Source of the DNA: Macrostomum hystrix
Taxonomy: Eukaryota > Animalia > Platyhelminthes
Assembly: GCA_950097015.1 (NCBI GenBank)
Contig: CATNEN010000008.1
Location: forward strand, 1,860,001-1,924,000
Direction of reading: 5' to 3'
Length of the DNA: 64,000 nt
Part shown: positions 1-13,075 of the stretch, in pieces
How the letters are laid out: every line of letters starts with the position of its first letter
Position numbering within the stretch: the stretch's first letter is position 1
Notes under the pieces: model-generated
Databases searched by the model: none
What the model saw: only the letters and a program-made list of their open reading frames with translations
What the model was told of the DNA's origin: nothing
Made by a program: the position numbers and the translations under genes

Positions 1-635
1 TAAATCATGGCTAAACCAGCGTCTGAATCATGGCTAAACCAGAGTTTCAATCATGGCTAAACCAGAGTTTCAATCATGGCTAAACCAGCGTCTGAATCAT
101 GGCTAAACCAGAGTTTCAATCATGGCTAAACCAGAGTCTGAATCATGGCTAAACCAGCGTCTTAATCATGGCTAAACCAGAGTTTGAATATTGGCTACAC
201 CAGAGTTTGAATCATGGCTAAACCAGAGACTAAATCATGGCTAAACCAGAGACTAAATCGTGGCTAAACCATCATCATCAGCATGGCTAAACTAGAGTTT
301 GAATAATGGCTACACCAGAGTTTGAATCAAGGCTAAACCAGAGTCTGAATCATGGCTAAACCAGAGTTTGAATCATGGCTAAACCAGACTTTGAATCATA
401 GCCAACCAGAGTTTGAATCTTGGCTAAACCAGAGTTTCAATCATGGCTAACCCAGCGTTTGAATCATGGCTAAACCAGAGTTTGAATCATGGCTAAACCA
501 GAGTTTGAATCTTGGCTAAACCAGAGTTTGAATCATAGCCAACCAGAGTCTGAATCATGGCAAAACGAGAGTTTGAATCATAGCCCACCAGGGTTTAAAA
601 CATGGCGAAACCTGAGTTTGAATCTTGGCTAACCC
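1..635 (+). repeat. 23-bp minisatellite A23 (AATCATGGCTAAACCAGAGTTTG), runs off window start
   Basis: ATCATGG recurs at 4, 27, etc. (period 23); degenerates toward 600. Confidence 0.95.
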
Positions 636-651
636 AGCGTTTGAAAAATCA

Positions 652-2772
652 ACGTCAACTGGGGAGTCATCATCAAAATGGGGATCATGGTGAACTGGGG
701 GATCATGGTAAACTGGGAATCATTGTCAACTGGGGGATCATTGTCAACTGGGGGATCATTGTCAACTGGGGGATCATTGTCAACTGGGGGGTCATTGTGA
801 ACTGAGAGATCATTGTCAACTGGGGGGTAATGGTCAACTGGGGGATAATTGTCAACTGGGGAATCATCATCAACTGGGGAGCATCATCAACTGGGGGATC
901 ATTGAGAACTGGGGGATCATTGTCAAATGGGGGATCATTGTGAACTGGGGGATCTTTGTCAACTGGGGGATCATTGTATACTGTGGGATCATTGTCAACT
1001 GGGGGATCATTGTCAACTGGGGGATCATTGTCAACTGGGGGATCGTTGTCAACTGGGGGTTCATTGTCAACTGGGGGATCATTGTCAACTGGGGGATCAT
1101 TGTCAACTGGGGGATCATCATCAACTGGGGGATCATTGTCAACTGGGGGATCATCATCAACTGTGGGATCATTGTCAACCGGCGGGATCATTGTCAACTG
1201 GGGGATCATTGTCAACTGGGGGATCATTGTCAACTGGGTGATCATCATCAACTGGGGGATCATTGTCAACTGGGGGAACATTGTCAACTGGAGGAACATT
1301 GTTAACTAGGGATCATCATCAATGGGGAGACTTCATCAACTGGGGGATCATTGTGAACTGGGGGATCTTTGTTAACTGGGGGATCATTGTCAACTCGGGG
1401 ATCATTCTCAACTGGGGGATCATTGTCAACTGGGGGATCATTCTCAACTGGGGGATCATTGTCAACTGGGGGATCATTTTCAACTGGGGAATCATCATCA
1501 ACTGGGGGATCATTGTCAACTGGGGGATCATTGTCAACTGGGGGATCATTGTCAACTGGGGGATCATTGTCAACTGGGTGATCATCATCAACTGGGGGAT
1601 CATTGTCAACTGGGGGAACATTGTCAAATGGAGGAACATTGTTAACTGGGGATCATCATCAATGGGGAGACTTCATCAACTGGGGGATCATTGTGAACTG
1701 GGGGATCTTTGTTAACTGGGGGATCATTGTCAACTGGGGGATCATTGTCAACTGGGGGATCATTGTCAACTGGGGGATCATTTTCAACTGGGGGATCATC
1801 ATCAACTGGGGGATCATCATCAACTGGGTGATCATTGTGAACTGGGGGATCTTTGTCAACTGGGGGATCATTGTCAACTGTGGGATCATTGTCAACTGGG
1901 GGATCATTGTCAACTGGGGGATCATTTTCAACTGGGGGATCATCATCAACTGGGGGATCATCATCAACTGGGTGATCATTGTGAACTGGGGGATCATTGT
2001 CAACTGGGGGTTCATTGTCAACTGTGGGATCATTGTCAACCGGCGGGATCATTGTCAACTGGGGGATCATTGTCAACTGGGGGATCATTGTCAACTGGGT
2101 GATCATCATCAACTGGGGGATCATTGTCAACTGGGGGAACATTGTCAACTGGAGGAACATTGTTAACTAGGGATCATCATCAATGGGGAGACTTCATCAA
2201 CTGGGGGATCATTGTGAACTGGGGGATCTTTGTTAACTGGGGGATCATTGTCAACTGGGGGATCATTCTCAACTGGGGGATCATTTTCAACTGGGGGATC
2301 ATCATCAACTGGGGGATCATTGTCAACTGGGGGATCATTGTCAACTGGGGGATCATTGTCAACTGGGGGATCATTGTCAACTGGGTGATCATCATCAACT
2401 GGGGGATCATTGATAACTGGGGGAACATTGTCAACTGGAGGAACATTGTTAACTGGGGATCATCATCAATAGGGAGACTTCATCAACTGGGGGATCATTG
2501 TGAATTGGGGGATCTTTGTTAACTGGGGGATCATTGTTAACTGGGGGATCATTCTCAACTGGGGGATCATTGTCAACTGGGGGATCATTCTCAACTGGGG
2601 GATCATCATCAACTGGGGGATCATCATCAACTGGGGGATCATTGTGAACTGGGGGATCTTTGTCAACTGGGGGATCATTGTCAACTGGGGGTTCATTGTC
2701 AACTGGGGGTTCATTGTCAACTGGGGGATCATTGTCAACTGGGGGATCATTGTCAACTGGGGGTTCATTGTA
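652..2772 (+). repeat. 18-bp minisatellite B18 (CAACTGGGGGATCATTGT) with higher-order variant cassettes
   Basis: Period 18 (6-aa pseudo-translations QLGDHC/NWGIIV); a diagnostic variant cassette recurs near 1275, 1615, 2135, 2420. Confidence 0.95.
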
Positions 2773-2864
2773 GCTTTAAAAAGCTGTAAATTCAGCTTCT
2801 AAAAAGTCTATACTAGACGAATTAAAAGTATTTCTGCTCCCCGAAGGGGGGCAAATCTTGCTAG
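2773..2864 (+). mobile_element. Helitron-type 3' terminus (GC hairpin then CTAG)
   Basis: GCTCCCC-GAA-GGGGGGC hairpin at 2836-2852, 8 nt spacer, CTAG at 2861-2864 followed by T; near-identical copy at 11396-11489. Confidence 0.75.
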
Positions 2865-3487
2865 TCCACTATACTAAAAATGAAATGCTTGCTTGCTTGT
2901 AATTGATTTTCTCCCGAACGGCTCAACCAATTTTCACAATTTCTTCACCAAAAGATGCCAAATATAGGGACAATTTTACACGTATTTTTATTAAGCTTAA
3001 CTTTATTGCTAAGAGGATTAAATATTCGAAAAACATGATTTTTTCAAAGGTCAAACCATCTTGGCCTATTGAGAATTTCACTCACTGCCACTGAATTGAA
3101 ATTGCATCGTCAAATTGCGCAACAACCCCTAGCTGATTGAATTTGAAGCCTGCACTCTGGAGACAAATTTGAAATAAATGTACACAACCAACCGCGAGAC
3201 TGAGTGTACTCTATTTTCTTACTTCATTGTACAAAGCCAGAACTTTGAGAATTCATTTTATAAGGCTGATTTTTGCACCCACTAACCAACAGTCGGAATA
3301 GCCGATGTGTTAGGCACTAGGAATAAGTTAGGCATGGCTAGGGTTCGATTCTGCACTGCGTCAAATCATTTAGACTAATTTTCAGCCAATAGTGATTGAA
3401 GATTATTTTGATTTATTTTTTTCATTTCGTAAATAATATATCATAACGAGCTAAACTCCTCCTCCGGAGGAGGTTGAGGGGAGAGAA

Positions 3488-4327
3488 CTCCCATCGCCTG
3501 ATCTCCAATCGCCTGATCTTCCCCCGCCTGATCTCCCACCGTCTCATCTCCCATCGCCTCATCTCCCATTGCCTCATCTCCCATCGCCACATCTCCCATC
3601 GCCTGATCTCCCATCGCCTCATCTCCCATCGCCCGATCTCCCATCGCCTCATCTCCCATCGCCTGATCTCCCATCGCCTGATCTCCCATCGCCTCATCTC
3701 CCATCGCCTCATCTCCCATCGCCTGATCTCCTATCGCCTGATCTCCCATCGCCACATCTCCCATCGCCTCATCTCCCATCGCCTCATCTCCCATCGCCTA
3801 ATCTCCCATCGCCTAATCTCCCATCGCCTGATCTCCCATTGCCTGATATCCCATCGCCTCATCTCCCATCGCCTCATCTCCCATCGCCTCATCTCCCATC
3901 GCCTGATCTCCCATCGCCTGATCTCCCATCGCCTCATCTCCCATCGCCACATCTCCCATCGCCATCGCCTGATTTCCCATCGCCTCATCTCCCATCGCCT
4001 GATCTCCCATCGCCTAATCTCCCGTCGCCACATCTCACATCGCCTAATCTCCCATCGCCTGATCTCCCATTGCCTGATCTCCCATCGCCTCATCTCCCAT
4101 CGCCTAATCTCCCATCGCCTCATCTCCCATCGCCTCATCTCCCATCGCCTAATCTCCCATCGCCTCATCTCCCATTGCCTGATCTCCCATCGCCTAATCT
4201 CCCATCGGCTGATCTCCCATCGGCTGATCTCCCATCGCCTCATCTCCAATCGCCTGATCTCCCATCGCCTAATCTCCCATCGCCTGATCTCCCATTGCCT
4301 GATCTCCCATCGCCTCATCTCCCATCG
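3488..4327 (+). repeat. 15-bp minisatellite C15 (GCCTCATCTCCCATC), array 1
   Basis: Period 15 (RLISH/PHLPS pseudo-translations). Confidence 0.95.
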
Positions 4328-5026
4328 CGGCTCCGATTGCCTGATCTCAAATCGACTCAGTTCTTTTCAAATGATAAGAGCAAAAGCACAATTCACAGTT
4401 GAAATTTCATTGCCTTTAGCGCAAAGGGCAGCCAGTTTTTTTAGTAAGTACATTCTTCTCCGCCTACACTGAGAGGCCCGCAAATTTTAAAATTTTATTT
4501 TAACCCAGCCAACTCTGCCCTGCCCATTGTACGCACTTCAATATTGAACAAATCAGACCCCTCAATAGAAATAACTCGCGGCACCCTCTCTCCGCCAATA
4601 CACAGAGGCAGTTAGAATGTGCGTACGGCCACCTCTCCGCCCCATTTTTTTTCAAACCGACTGCCAACCCTCCACTGGAGAGAAAATACACTAAACAGAT
4701 AGGCACAAAATGTTGACGCAACTCATTTAACCGAGGCCAATTTCATCACAGCGGGAAGGACATTTGCCTACTATATACTACTTAATAGCCTTTCTGCTTT
4801 TTTGAGGATCATAGAATTTGAAATTTCAGAATTAAAATAGCCTATAGCCTTCCTTGGAAAATTTCCCATTTTCCGATATAAGTTTCAACGCTGAGTTGCC
4901 AGTATTCTAGGAGGAGATGTCGAACTGACACACACACACACAGACACACACACAGACAAACAACACGTGAAAATTAGTATATTTACGAGCTAAACTCCTC
5001 CTCCGGAGGAGGTTGAGGGGAGAGAA

Positions 5027-6572
5027 CTCCCATCGCCTGATCTCCCATCCCCTCATCTCCCATCGCCTGATCTCCCACCGTCTCATCTCCCATCGCCTCA
5101 TCTCCTATCGCCTGATCTCCCATCGCCAGATCTCCCATTGCCTGATCTCCCATCGCCTCATCTCCCATCGCCTAATCTCCCATCGGCTGATCTCCCATCG
5201 GCTGATCTCCCATCGCCTCATCTCCAATCGCCTGATCTCCCATCGCCTAATCTCCCATCGCCTCATCTCCCATCGCCTAATCTCCCATCGCCTCATCTCC
5301 CATTGCCTCATCTCCCATCGCCTAATCTCCCATCGCCTGATCTCCCATCGCCTCATCTCCCATCGCCTCATCTCCCATTGCCTCATCTCCCATCGCCTCA
5401 TCTCCCATCGCCTGATCTCCCATTGCCTGATCTCCCATCGCCTCATCTCCCGTCGCCTGATCTCCCATCGCCTCATCTCCCATCGCCTGATCTCCCATTG
5501 CCTGATCTCCCATCGCCTAATGTCCCATCGGCTGATCTCCCATCGGCTGATCTCCCATCGCCTCATCTCCAATCGCCTGATCTCCAATCGCCTGATCTCC
5601 CATCGCCTCATCTCCCATCGCCTAATCTCCCATCGCCTAATCTCCCATCGCCTGATCTCCCATTGCCTGATCTCCCATCGTCTCATCTCCCATCGCCTCA
5701 TCTCCCATCGCCTGATCTCCCATCGCCTCATCTCCCATCGCCTCATCTCCCATTGCCTCATCTCCCATCGCCTCATCTCCCATCGCCTGATCTCCCATTG
5801 CCTGATCTCCCATCGCCTCATCTCCCGTCGCCTGATCTCCCATCGCCTCATCTCCCATCGCCTGATCTCCCATTGCCTGATCTCCCATCGCCTAATGTCC
5901 CATCGGCTGATCTCCCATCGGCTGATCTCCCATCGCCTCATCTCCAATCGCCTGATCTCCAATCGCCTGATCTCCCATCGCCTTATCTCCCATCGCCTAA
6001 TCTCCCATCGCCTAATCTCCCATCGCCTGATCTCCCATTGCCTGATCTCCCATCGTCTCATCTCCCATCGCCTCATCTCCCATCGCGTCATCTCCTATCG
6101 CCTGATCTCCCATCACCTCATCTCCAGTCGCCACATCTCCCATCGCCTGATCTCCCATCGCCTCATCTCCCATCGCCTAATCTCCCATCGCCTCATCTCC
6201 CATCGCATAATCTCCCATCGCCTCATCTCCTATCGCCTCATCTTTCATCGCCTCATCTACCATCGCCTGATCTCCCATCGCCTGATCTCCCATCCCCTCA
6301 TCTCCCGTCGCCTAATCTCCCATCGCCTGATCTCCCATCCCCTCATCTCCCGTCGCCTGATCTCCCATCGCCTCATCTCCCATCGCCTGATCTCCTATCC
6401 CCTCATCTCCCGTCGCCTGATCTCCCATCGCGTCATCTTTCATCGCCTCATCTCTCATCGCCTCATCTCCCATCGCCTCATCTCCCATCGCCTCATCTCC
6501 CATCGCCTCATCTCTCATCGCCTAAACTCCCATTGCCTCATCTTCCGTCGCCACATCTCCCATCGCCTCATC
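5027..6572 (+). repeat. 15-bp minisatellite C15, array 2
   Basis: Same unit as array 1, with internal duplicated variant blocks. Confidence 0.95.
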
Positions 6573-7711
6573 TAACCAAAAACTCCTCACCCAATGATGT
6601 CTGAAAGTAGCAATGTGCGTAAACCGCCTTTTGTCCGACTAAACTGCTGAAAACAATTCAAAATTGACCAATTTTTATTTAGCTACCATGCCCAGAATCT
6701 TCAGAATTAAAATAGACGACAACTTTCGGATAAGATTGAGGGGCTAGAAATCATATCGCGCGAACTCCATCAACTTTAAATTAAACCCCACCCGTTAAAA
6801 CAGGTGAAGTCCGAGCCATTAATATTGACGACAGCCAGTTCTCCGGGCCCCGCTCAGTCAGAGGTGCGAATTTCAATAAATAAAATTCAACAGCCCGCCT
6901 TCGAGAATAGGAATGTGTGAAACTGTATTGTGGCGAATTCTCTCTCCTTAGCAATCTCGCCGAGACACTGTACACTCAGCTGAAAGCATTGCAAAAGTAT
7001 AAAAACTTTATTTGCCCTTTGCATCCCCAATTTTCGGAATTCAGCAATGAAATTTATATCTCTGGATTCAGAACTTCAAGTTCTCTCCAGCAGTACAAAT
7101 TTTATCCACAAATCTTAAAAAAGCAAAATAATAATTCTCAGTTGAAATTTCTGCAAAGGGCAGCCAGTTTAGTAAGCACATTCTTCTCCGCCTACACTGA
7201 GAGGCCCGCAAATTTTATCAATTGAATTTTAACCCAGCCAACTCTGCCCTGCCCATTGTACGCACTTCAATATTGAACAAATCAGACCCCTCAATAGAAA
7301 TAACTCGCGGCACCCTCTCTCCGCCAATACACAGGGACAGTTAGAATGTGCGTACGGCCAACTCTCCGCCCCATTTTCAAACCGACTGCCAACCCTCCAC
7401 TGGAGAGAAAATACACTAAACAGATAGGCCGAAATGATAGCGCAACCACTTTAACCGAGGCCAATTTCATCACAGCGGGAAGGACATTTGCCTACTATAT
7501 ACTACTTAATAGCCTTTCTGCTTTTTTGAGGATCATAGAATTTGAAATTTCAGAATTAAAATAGCCTATAGCCTTCCTCGGAAAATTTCCCATTTTCCCA
7601 TATAAGTTTCAACGCTGAGTTGCCAGTATTCTAGGAGGAGATGTCGAACTGACACACACACACACACACAGACACACAGACAAACAACACGTGAAAATTA
7701 GTATATTTAGA

Positions 7712-8435
7712 GAATCATAGCAAATCTGAGTTTGAATCATTGCAACAATAGAGTCTGAATCATGGCTAAACCAGCGTCTGAATCATGGCTAAACCATAGT
7801 CTGAATCATGGCGAAACCAGAGCTTGAATCATGGCTAAACCAGAGTTTAAATCATGGCTAAACCAGAGTTTAAATCATGGCTAAACCAGAGCTTTAATCA
7901 TGGCTAAACCAGAGTTTGAAGCATGGCTAAACCAGAGTTTGAATCATGGCTAAACCAGCGTCTGAATCATGGCTAAACCAGAGTCTGAATCATGGCTAAA
8001 CCAGAGTTTAAATCATGGCTAAACCAGAGTCTGAATCATGGCTAAACCTGAGTTTAAATCATGGCTAAACCAGAGTCTGAATCATGGCTAAACCAGCGTC
8101 TGAATCATGGCTAAACCAGAGTCTGAATCATGGCTAAACCAGAGTTTGAATCATGGCTAAACCAGAGTCTGACTCATGGCTAAACCAGAGTTTGAATCAT
8201 GGCTAAACCAGAGTCTGAATCATGGCTAAACCAGAGTTTGAATCATGGCTAAACCAGAGTTTGAATCATGGCTAAACCAGAGTCTGAATCATGGCTAAAC
8301 CAACGTTTGAATCATGGCTAACCTAGAGTCTGAATCATGGCTAAATTTGAATCAAGGCGAAACCAGAGTTTCAATCATGGCTACACCAGGGTTTAAAACA
8401 TGGCGAAACCTGAGTTTGAATCTTGGCTAACCCAG
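7712..8435 (+). repeat. 23-bp minisatellite A23, array 2
   Basis: Same unit as 1-635 and same terminal junction into B18. Confidence 0.95.
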
Positions 8436-8451
8436 CGTTTGAAAAATCAAC

Positions 8452-8948
8452 GTCAACTGGGGGGTCATCATCAAAATGGGGATCAAGGTAAACTGGGGGA
8501 TAATCGTCAACTGGAGGAGCTTGGTAAACTGGGGGATCATTGTCAACTGGGGGATCATCATCAACTGGGGGATCATTGTGAACTGGGGGATCATTGTCAA
8601 CTGGGGGAACATTGTCAACTGGAGGAACATTGTTAACTAGGGATCATCATCAATGGGGAGACTTCATCAATTGGGGGATCATTGTGAACTGGGGGATCTT
8701 TGTCAACTGGGGGATCATTGTCAACAGGGGGTTCAATGTCAACTGGGGGATCATTGTCAACTGGGGGATCATTGTCAACTGGGGGTTCATTGTCAACTGG
8801 GGGATCATTGTCAACTGGGGGATCATTGTCAACTGGGGGATCATTGTCAACTGGGTGATCATCATCAACTGGGGGAACATTGTCAACTGGAGGAACATTG
8901 TTAACTAGGGATCATCATCAATGGGGAGACTTCATCAACTGGGGGATC
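8452..8948 (+). repeat. 18-bp minisatellite B18, array 2
   Basis: Same unit and variant cassette as array 1. Confidence 0.95.
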
Positions 8949-9775
8949 ACCAGCGTCTGAATCATGGCTAAAGCAGAGTCTGAATCATGGCTTAATCAGA
9001 GTTTGAATCATGGCTAAACCACAGTCTGAATCATGGCTAAACCAGAGTTTAAATCATGGCTAAAGCAGAGTCTGAATCATGGCTAAACCAGAGTTTGAAT
9101 CGTGGCTAAACCAGAGTTTAAATCATGGCTAAACCAGAGTTTGAATCATGGCTAAACCAGAGTCTGAATCATGGCTAAACCAGAGTCTGAATCATGGCTA
9201 AACCAGAGTCTGAATCATGGCTAAACCAGAGTTTGAATCATGGCTAAACCATAGTCTGAATCATGGCTAAACCAGAGTTTAAATCATGGCTAAACCAGAG
9301 TTTGAATCATGGCTAAACCAGAGTTTGAATCGTGGCTAAACCAGAGTTTGAATCATGGCTAAACCAGAGTTTAAATCATGGCTAAACCAGAGTCTGAATC
9401 ATGGCTAAACCAGAGTCTGAATCATGGCTAAACCAGAGTTTGAATCATGGCTAAACCAGAGTTTGAATCATGGCTAAACCAGAGTCTGACTCATGGCTAA
9501 ACCAGAGTTTAAATCATGGCTAAACCAGAGTCTGAATCATGGCTAAAACAGAGTTTGAATCGTGGCTAAACCAGAGTTTGAATCATGGCTAAACCAGAGT
9601 TTGAATCATGGCTAAACCAGAGTCTGAATCATGGCTAAACCAACGTTTGAATCATGGCTAACCTAGAGTCTGAATCATGGCTAAATTTGAATCAAGGCGA
9701 AACCAGAGTTTCAATCATGGCTACACCAGGGTTTAAAACATGGCGAAACCTGAGTTTGAATCTTGGCTAACCCAG
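8949..9775 (+). repeat. 23-bp minisatellite A23, array 3
   Basis: Period 23; terminal part matches the end of array 2. Confidence 0.95.
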
Positions 9776-9791
9776 CGTTTGAAAAATCAAC

Positions 9792-11395
9792 GTCAACTGG
9801 GGAGTCATCATCAAAATGGGGATCAAGGTAAACTGGGGGATAATCGTCAACTGGAGGAGCTTGGTAAACTGGGGGATCATTGTCAACTGGGGGATCATCA
9901 TCAACTGGGGGATCATTGTCAACTGGGGGATCATTGTCAACTGGGGGGTAATGGTCAACTGGGGGATATTTGTCAACTAGGGAATCATCATCAACTGGGG
10001 ATCATCATCAACTGGGGGATCATCATCAACTGGGGGATCATTGTGAACTGGGGGATCATTGTCAACTGGGTGATCATCATCAACTCGGGGATCATTGTCA
10101 ACTGGGGGAACATTGTCAACTGGAGGAACATTGTTAACTAGGGATCATCATCAATGGGGAGACTTCATCAACTGGGGGATCATTGTGAACTGGGGGATCT
10201 TTGTCAACTGGGGGATCATTGTCAACTGGGGGTTCAATGTCAACTGGGGGATCATTGTCAACTGGGGGATCATTGTCAACTGGGGGTTCATTGTCAACTG
10301 GGGGATCATTGTCAACTGGGGGATCATTGTCAACTGGGGGATCATTGTCAACTGGGGGATCATTGTGATCATTGTCAACTGGGGGGTAATGGTCAACTGG
10401 GGGATATTTGTCAACTGGGGAATCATCATCAACTGGGGATCATCATCAACTGGGGGATCATCATCAACTGGGGGATCATTGTGAACTGGGGGATCATTGT
10501 CAACTGGGTGATCATCATCAACTTGGGGATCATTGTCAACTGGGGGAACATTGTCAACTGGAGGAACATTGTTAACTAGGGATCATCATCAATGGGGAGA
10601 CTTCATCAACTGGGGGATCATTGTGAACTGGGGGATCTTTGTTAACTGGGGGATCATTGTCAACTGGGGGATCATTCTCAACTGGGGGATCATTGTCAAC
10701 TGGGGGATCATTTTCAACTGGGGGATCATCATCAACTGGGGGATCATTGTCAACTGGGGGATCATTGTCAACTGGGGGATCATTGTCAACTGGGGGATCG
10801 TTGTCAACTGGGGGTTCATTGTCAACTGGGGGATCATTGTCAACTGGGGGATCATTGTCAACTGGGGGATCATCATCAACTGGGGGATCATTGTCAACTG
10901 GGGGTTCATTGTCAACTGGGGGTTCATTGTAAACTGGGGGATCATTGTCAACTGGGGGATCATTGTGAACTGGGGGATCATTGTCAACTGGGGGGTAATG
11001 GTCAACTGGGGGATATTTGTCAACTGGGGGTTCAATGTCAACTGGGGGATCATTGTCAACTGGGGGATCATTGTCAACTGGGGGTTCATTGTCAACTGGG
11101 GGATCATTGTCAACTGGGGGATCATTGTCAACTGGGGGAACATTGTCAACTGGAGGAACATTGTTAACTGGGGATCATCATCAATGGGGAGACTTCATCA
11201 ACAGGGGGATCATTGTGAACTGGGGGATCTTTGTTAACTGTGGGATCATTGTCAACTGGGGGATCATTGTCAAATGGGGGATCATTGTCAACTGGGGGAT
11301 CGTTGTCAACAGGGGGTTCATTGTGAACTGGGGGTTCATTGTCAACTGGGGGATCATTGTCAACCGGGGGATCATTGTCAACTAGGGGTTCATTG
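9792..11395 (+). repeat. 18-bp minisatellite B18, array 3
   Basis: Period 18; followed by the same ~90-bp hairpin-CTAG tail as array 1. Confidence 0.95.
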
Positions 11396-11494
11396 TAGCT
11401 TTAAAAAGCTGTAAATTCAGCTGCTAAAGAGTATATACTAGACGAATTAAAAGTATTTCTGCTCCCCGAAGGGGGGCAAAACTTGCTAGTCCAT

Positions 11495-11610
11495 GTTCTC
11501 AGGTTGTGTTAATGGTTATCAGATTCTGTGAATAGTTCCCAAGTTGTGTTGTGTGAATGGTTCTCAGATTGTGTGAATGTTTCTCAGATTGTGTGAATGG
11601 TGCATCGATA
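11495..11610 (+). repeat. Short degenerate ~20-bp repeat (TTCTCAGATTGTGTGAATGG)
   Basis: About 5 degenerate copies right after the CTAG end. Confidence 0.7.
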
Positions 11611-13075
11611 GTATGCTTTTAATAATTTAAAACTTTTCGATCACAGGAGTAAGTCACAAAGTCACAAACACATCTGCAATTTTGGTTAAAGATGACAAAT
11701 GACAACTTTATTTTAACTAGTTTGTTTAAATTGTTTTGTAAACTTATACTAGTAAATTTGCAAATGGTTACGGGGACAGCCAATCAGAAAGAATCAATGG
11801 CAAGTTATTACACTGTAATTGCAATACTAAAACTAATTACTTTCGCTGTTGAAGCCTACTAATAGTACTAGCGAACATGCCCAGAGATATTACGCGCCTA
11901 ATAGTACAGGCTTCTGTAACAGCGGCATTGAGCGATTATAGATTCGGTTAGTAGTGGAGAAGACTGGGCAATGGACCAGCTGGGCAAGCGTTCTATGGTA
12001 CACAACAAAAGCTTTTGTAAACAACTTTTTATGGCTTTAAAAAAATACAACTTTATTTTGTGTGGAAAACAAAGATAAAATAGAACAGGGCTAAGCGGTA
12101 AACGTTGATCACAAAATAAATAAAGCGATTTAATTTATTGAATTTAGAACACAAAGCTATTGTTCTCTGTACATGCATGGTGCGCGAGGACAAAGTACTG
12201 TACAGATTATTTACAGACCAGAGAAAAACTAACTGATTAGCTAAACCAGAGCTTTATCGCGGTGTCAGGCCTAGTGTTAGAAAGTTACTTTTTTACAACG
12301 AATTTAAACAGCACACACACCTGCACCACATTTTTTATAAAACAGAAGTAAACACAGAATTATAGTTTAATAAATATGAAAGCAAACATCAAATGGACTA
12401 GCTAGATGAGCGCTCGGATGCAAAACTAAGAAAACTATTTTTTTAGAAAGATCGAATTATAACAAAAACGAGAGTAAAACTATCAATGTGTAAATGGCTC
12501 GATTTCTAGAAATGTTGGCAATCTAGAAATTTCAATTGGTTTTTCAATTCGTAGCAATTTACGCATAAAACAATTTACCCGCGGCGGTAAAGCAGTGGCA
12601 CTTTAAAATGTCAGTGTTTTGTTACAAGACAAAATTGTGAAAGTAAAACGGTTGTATTGTAAAAGTGCAACACAGAAACCGATAGATAAGTACTTTTAGG
12701 CGGCGCGCATCGGGATTTCGCTCGAAACGTGTTCGAAATAAGCTTTGAGGTATCAACAAAGTGAATCGATAATTGTCTTATAAAATCGATTGATCGGAGC
12801 AGAAGCAATGCGCATTCAGCAATACAAGAATTCAGCAGGATTTCCTAACAACAGGTAAAACTCAATGTTTTCAGGAAATCGCCATCGCGGCCATGTCTCC
12901 AGGAAACATGAAATGAAAAATGAGATAATTTCTAGGAAATGCCGAAAACACCGAATTACCAGACAAGTTTAAAGATAAACTCGTCTTGTAAAAATCCTTC
13001 AAGTGTTGGTAATTTATGCTAAGAAGTTTATAAACAAGGTAAGATCTTGAAATCTCGTGATAGAAAGCTATTTCA

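Larger units (their letters stand above)
3447..7711 (-). mobile_element. Putative head-to-tail dimer of a second Helitron-like element (beta): 7711-4986 and 4985-3447
   Basis: Minus-strand 5' end TCTAAATATACTAATTTTCACGTG+(TG/TCTG)n; ~590-bp block duplicated at ~4395-4985 and ~7120-7711; both units end with perfect palindrome CCTCCTCCGGAGGAGG (3458-3473, 4997-5012) then AGTTTAGCTCG|T. Confidence 0.5.
2865..11489 (+). mobile_element. Putative non-autonomous Helitron (alpha), ~8.6 kb, mostly minisatellite plus nested elements
   Basis: Starts TCCACTATACTAAAAATGAAATG(CTTG)n...AACGGCTCAACCAATTTTCAC (resembles Helitron-N 5' ends) directly after the preceding CTAG; ends hairpin 11461-11477 + CTAG 11486-11489; no Rep/helicase ORF. 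Confidence 0.55.

Noticed and set aside
1-9775. 23-bp direct repeats suggesting a CRISPR array
   Set aside because: Units abut with no unique spacers, no cas genes, eukaryotic context
602-11385. Dozens of ORFs up to 520 aa (NWGIIV, QLTMIP, RLISH, PDLPS, GDQAM), including MAKPEFESWLTQRLK three times
   Set aside because: Stop-free translations of 15/18/23-bp minisatellites, open in several frames and on both strands; the recurring peptide is the duplicated A23-B18 junction
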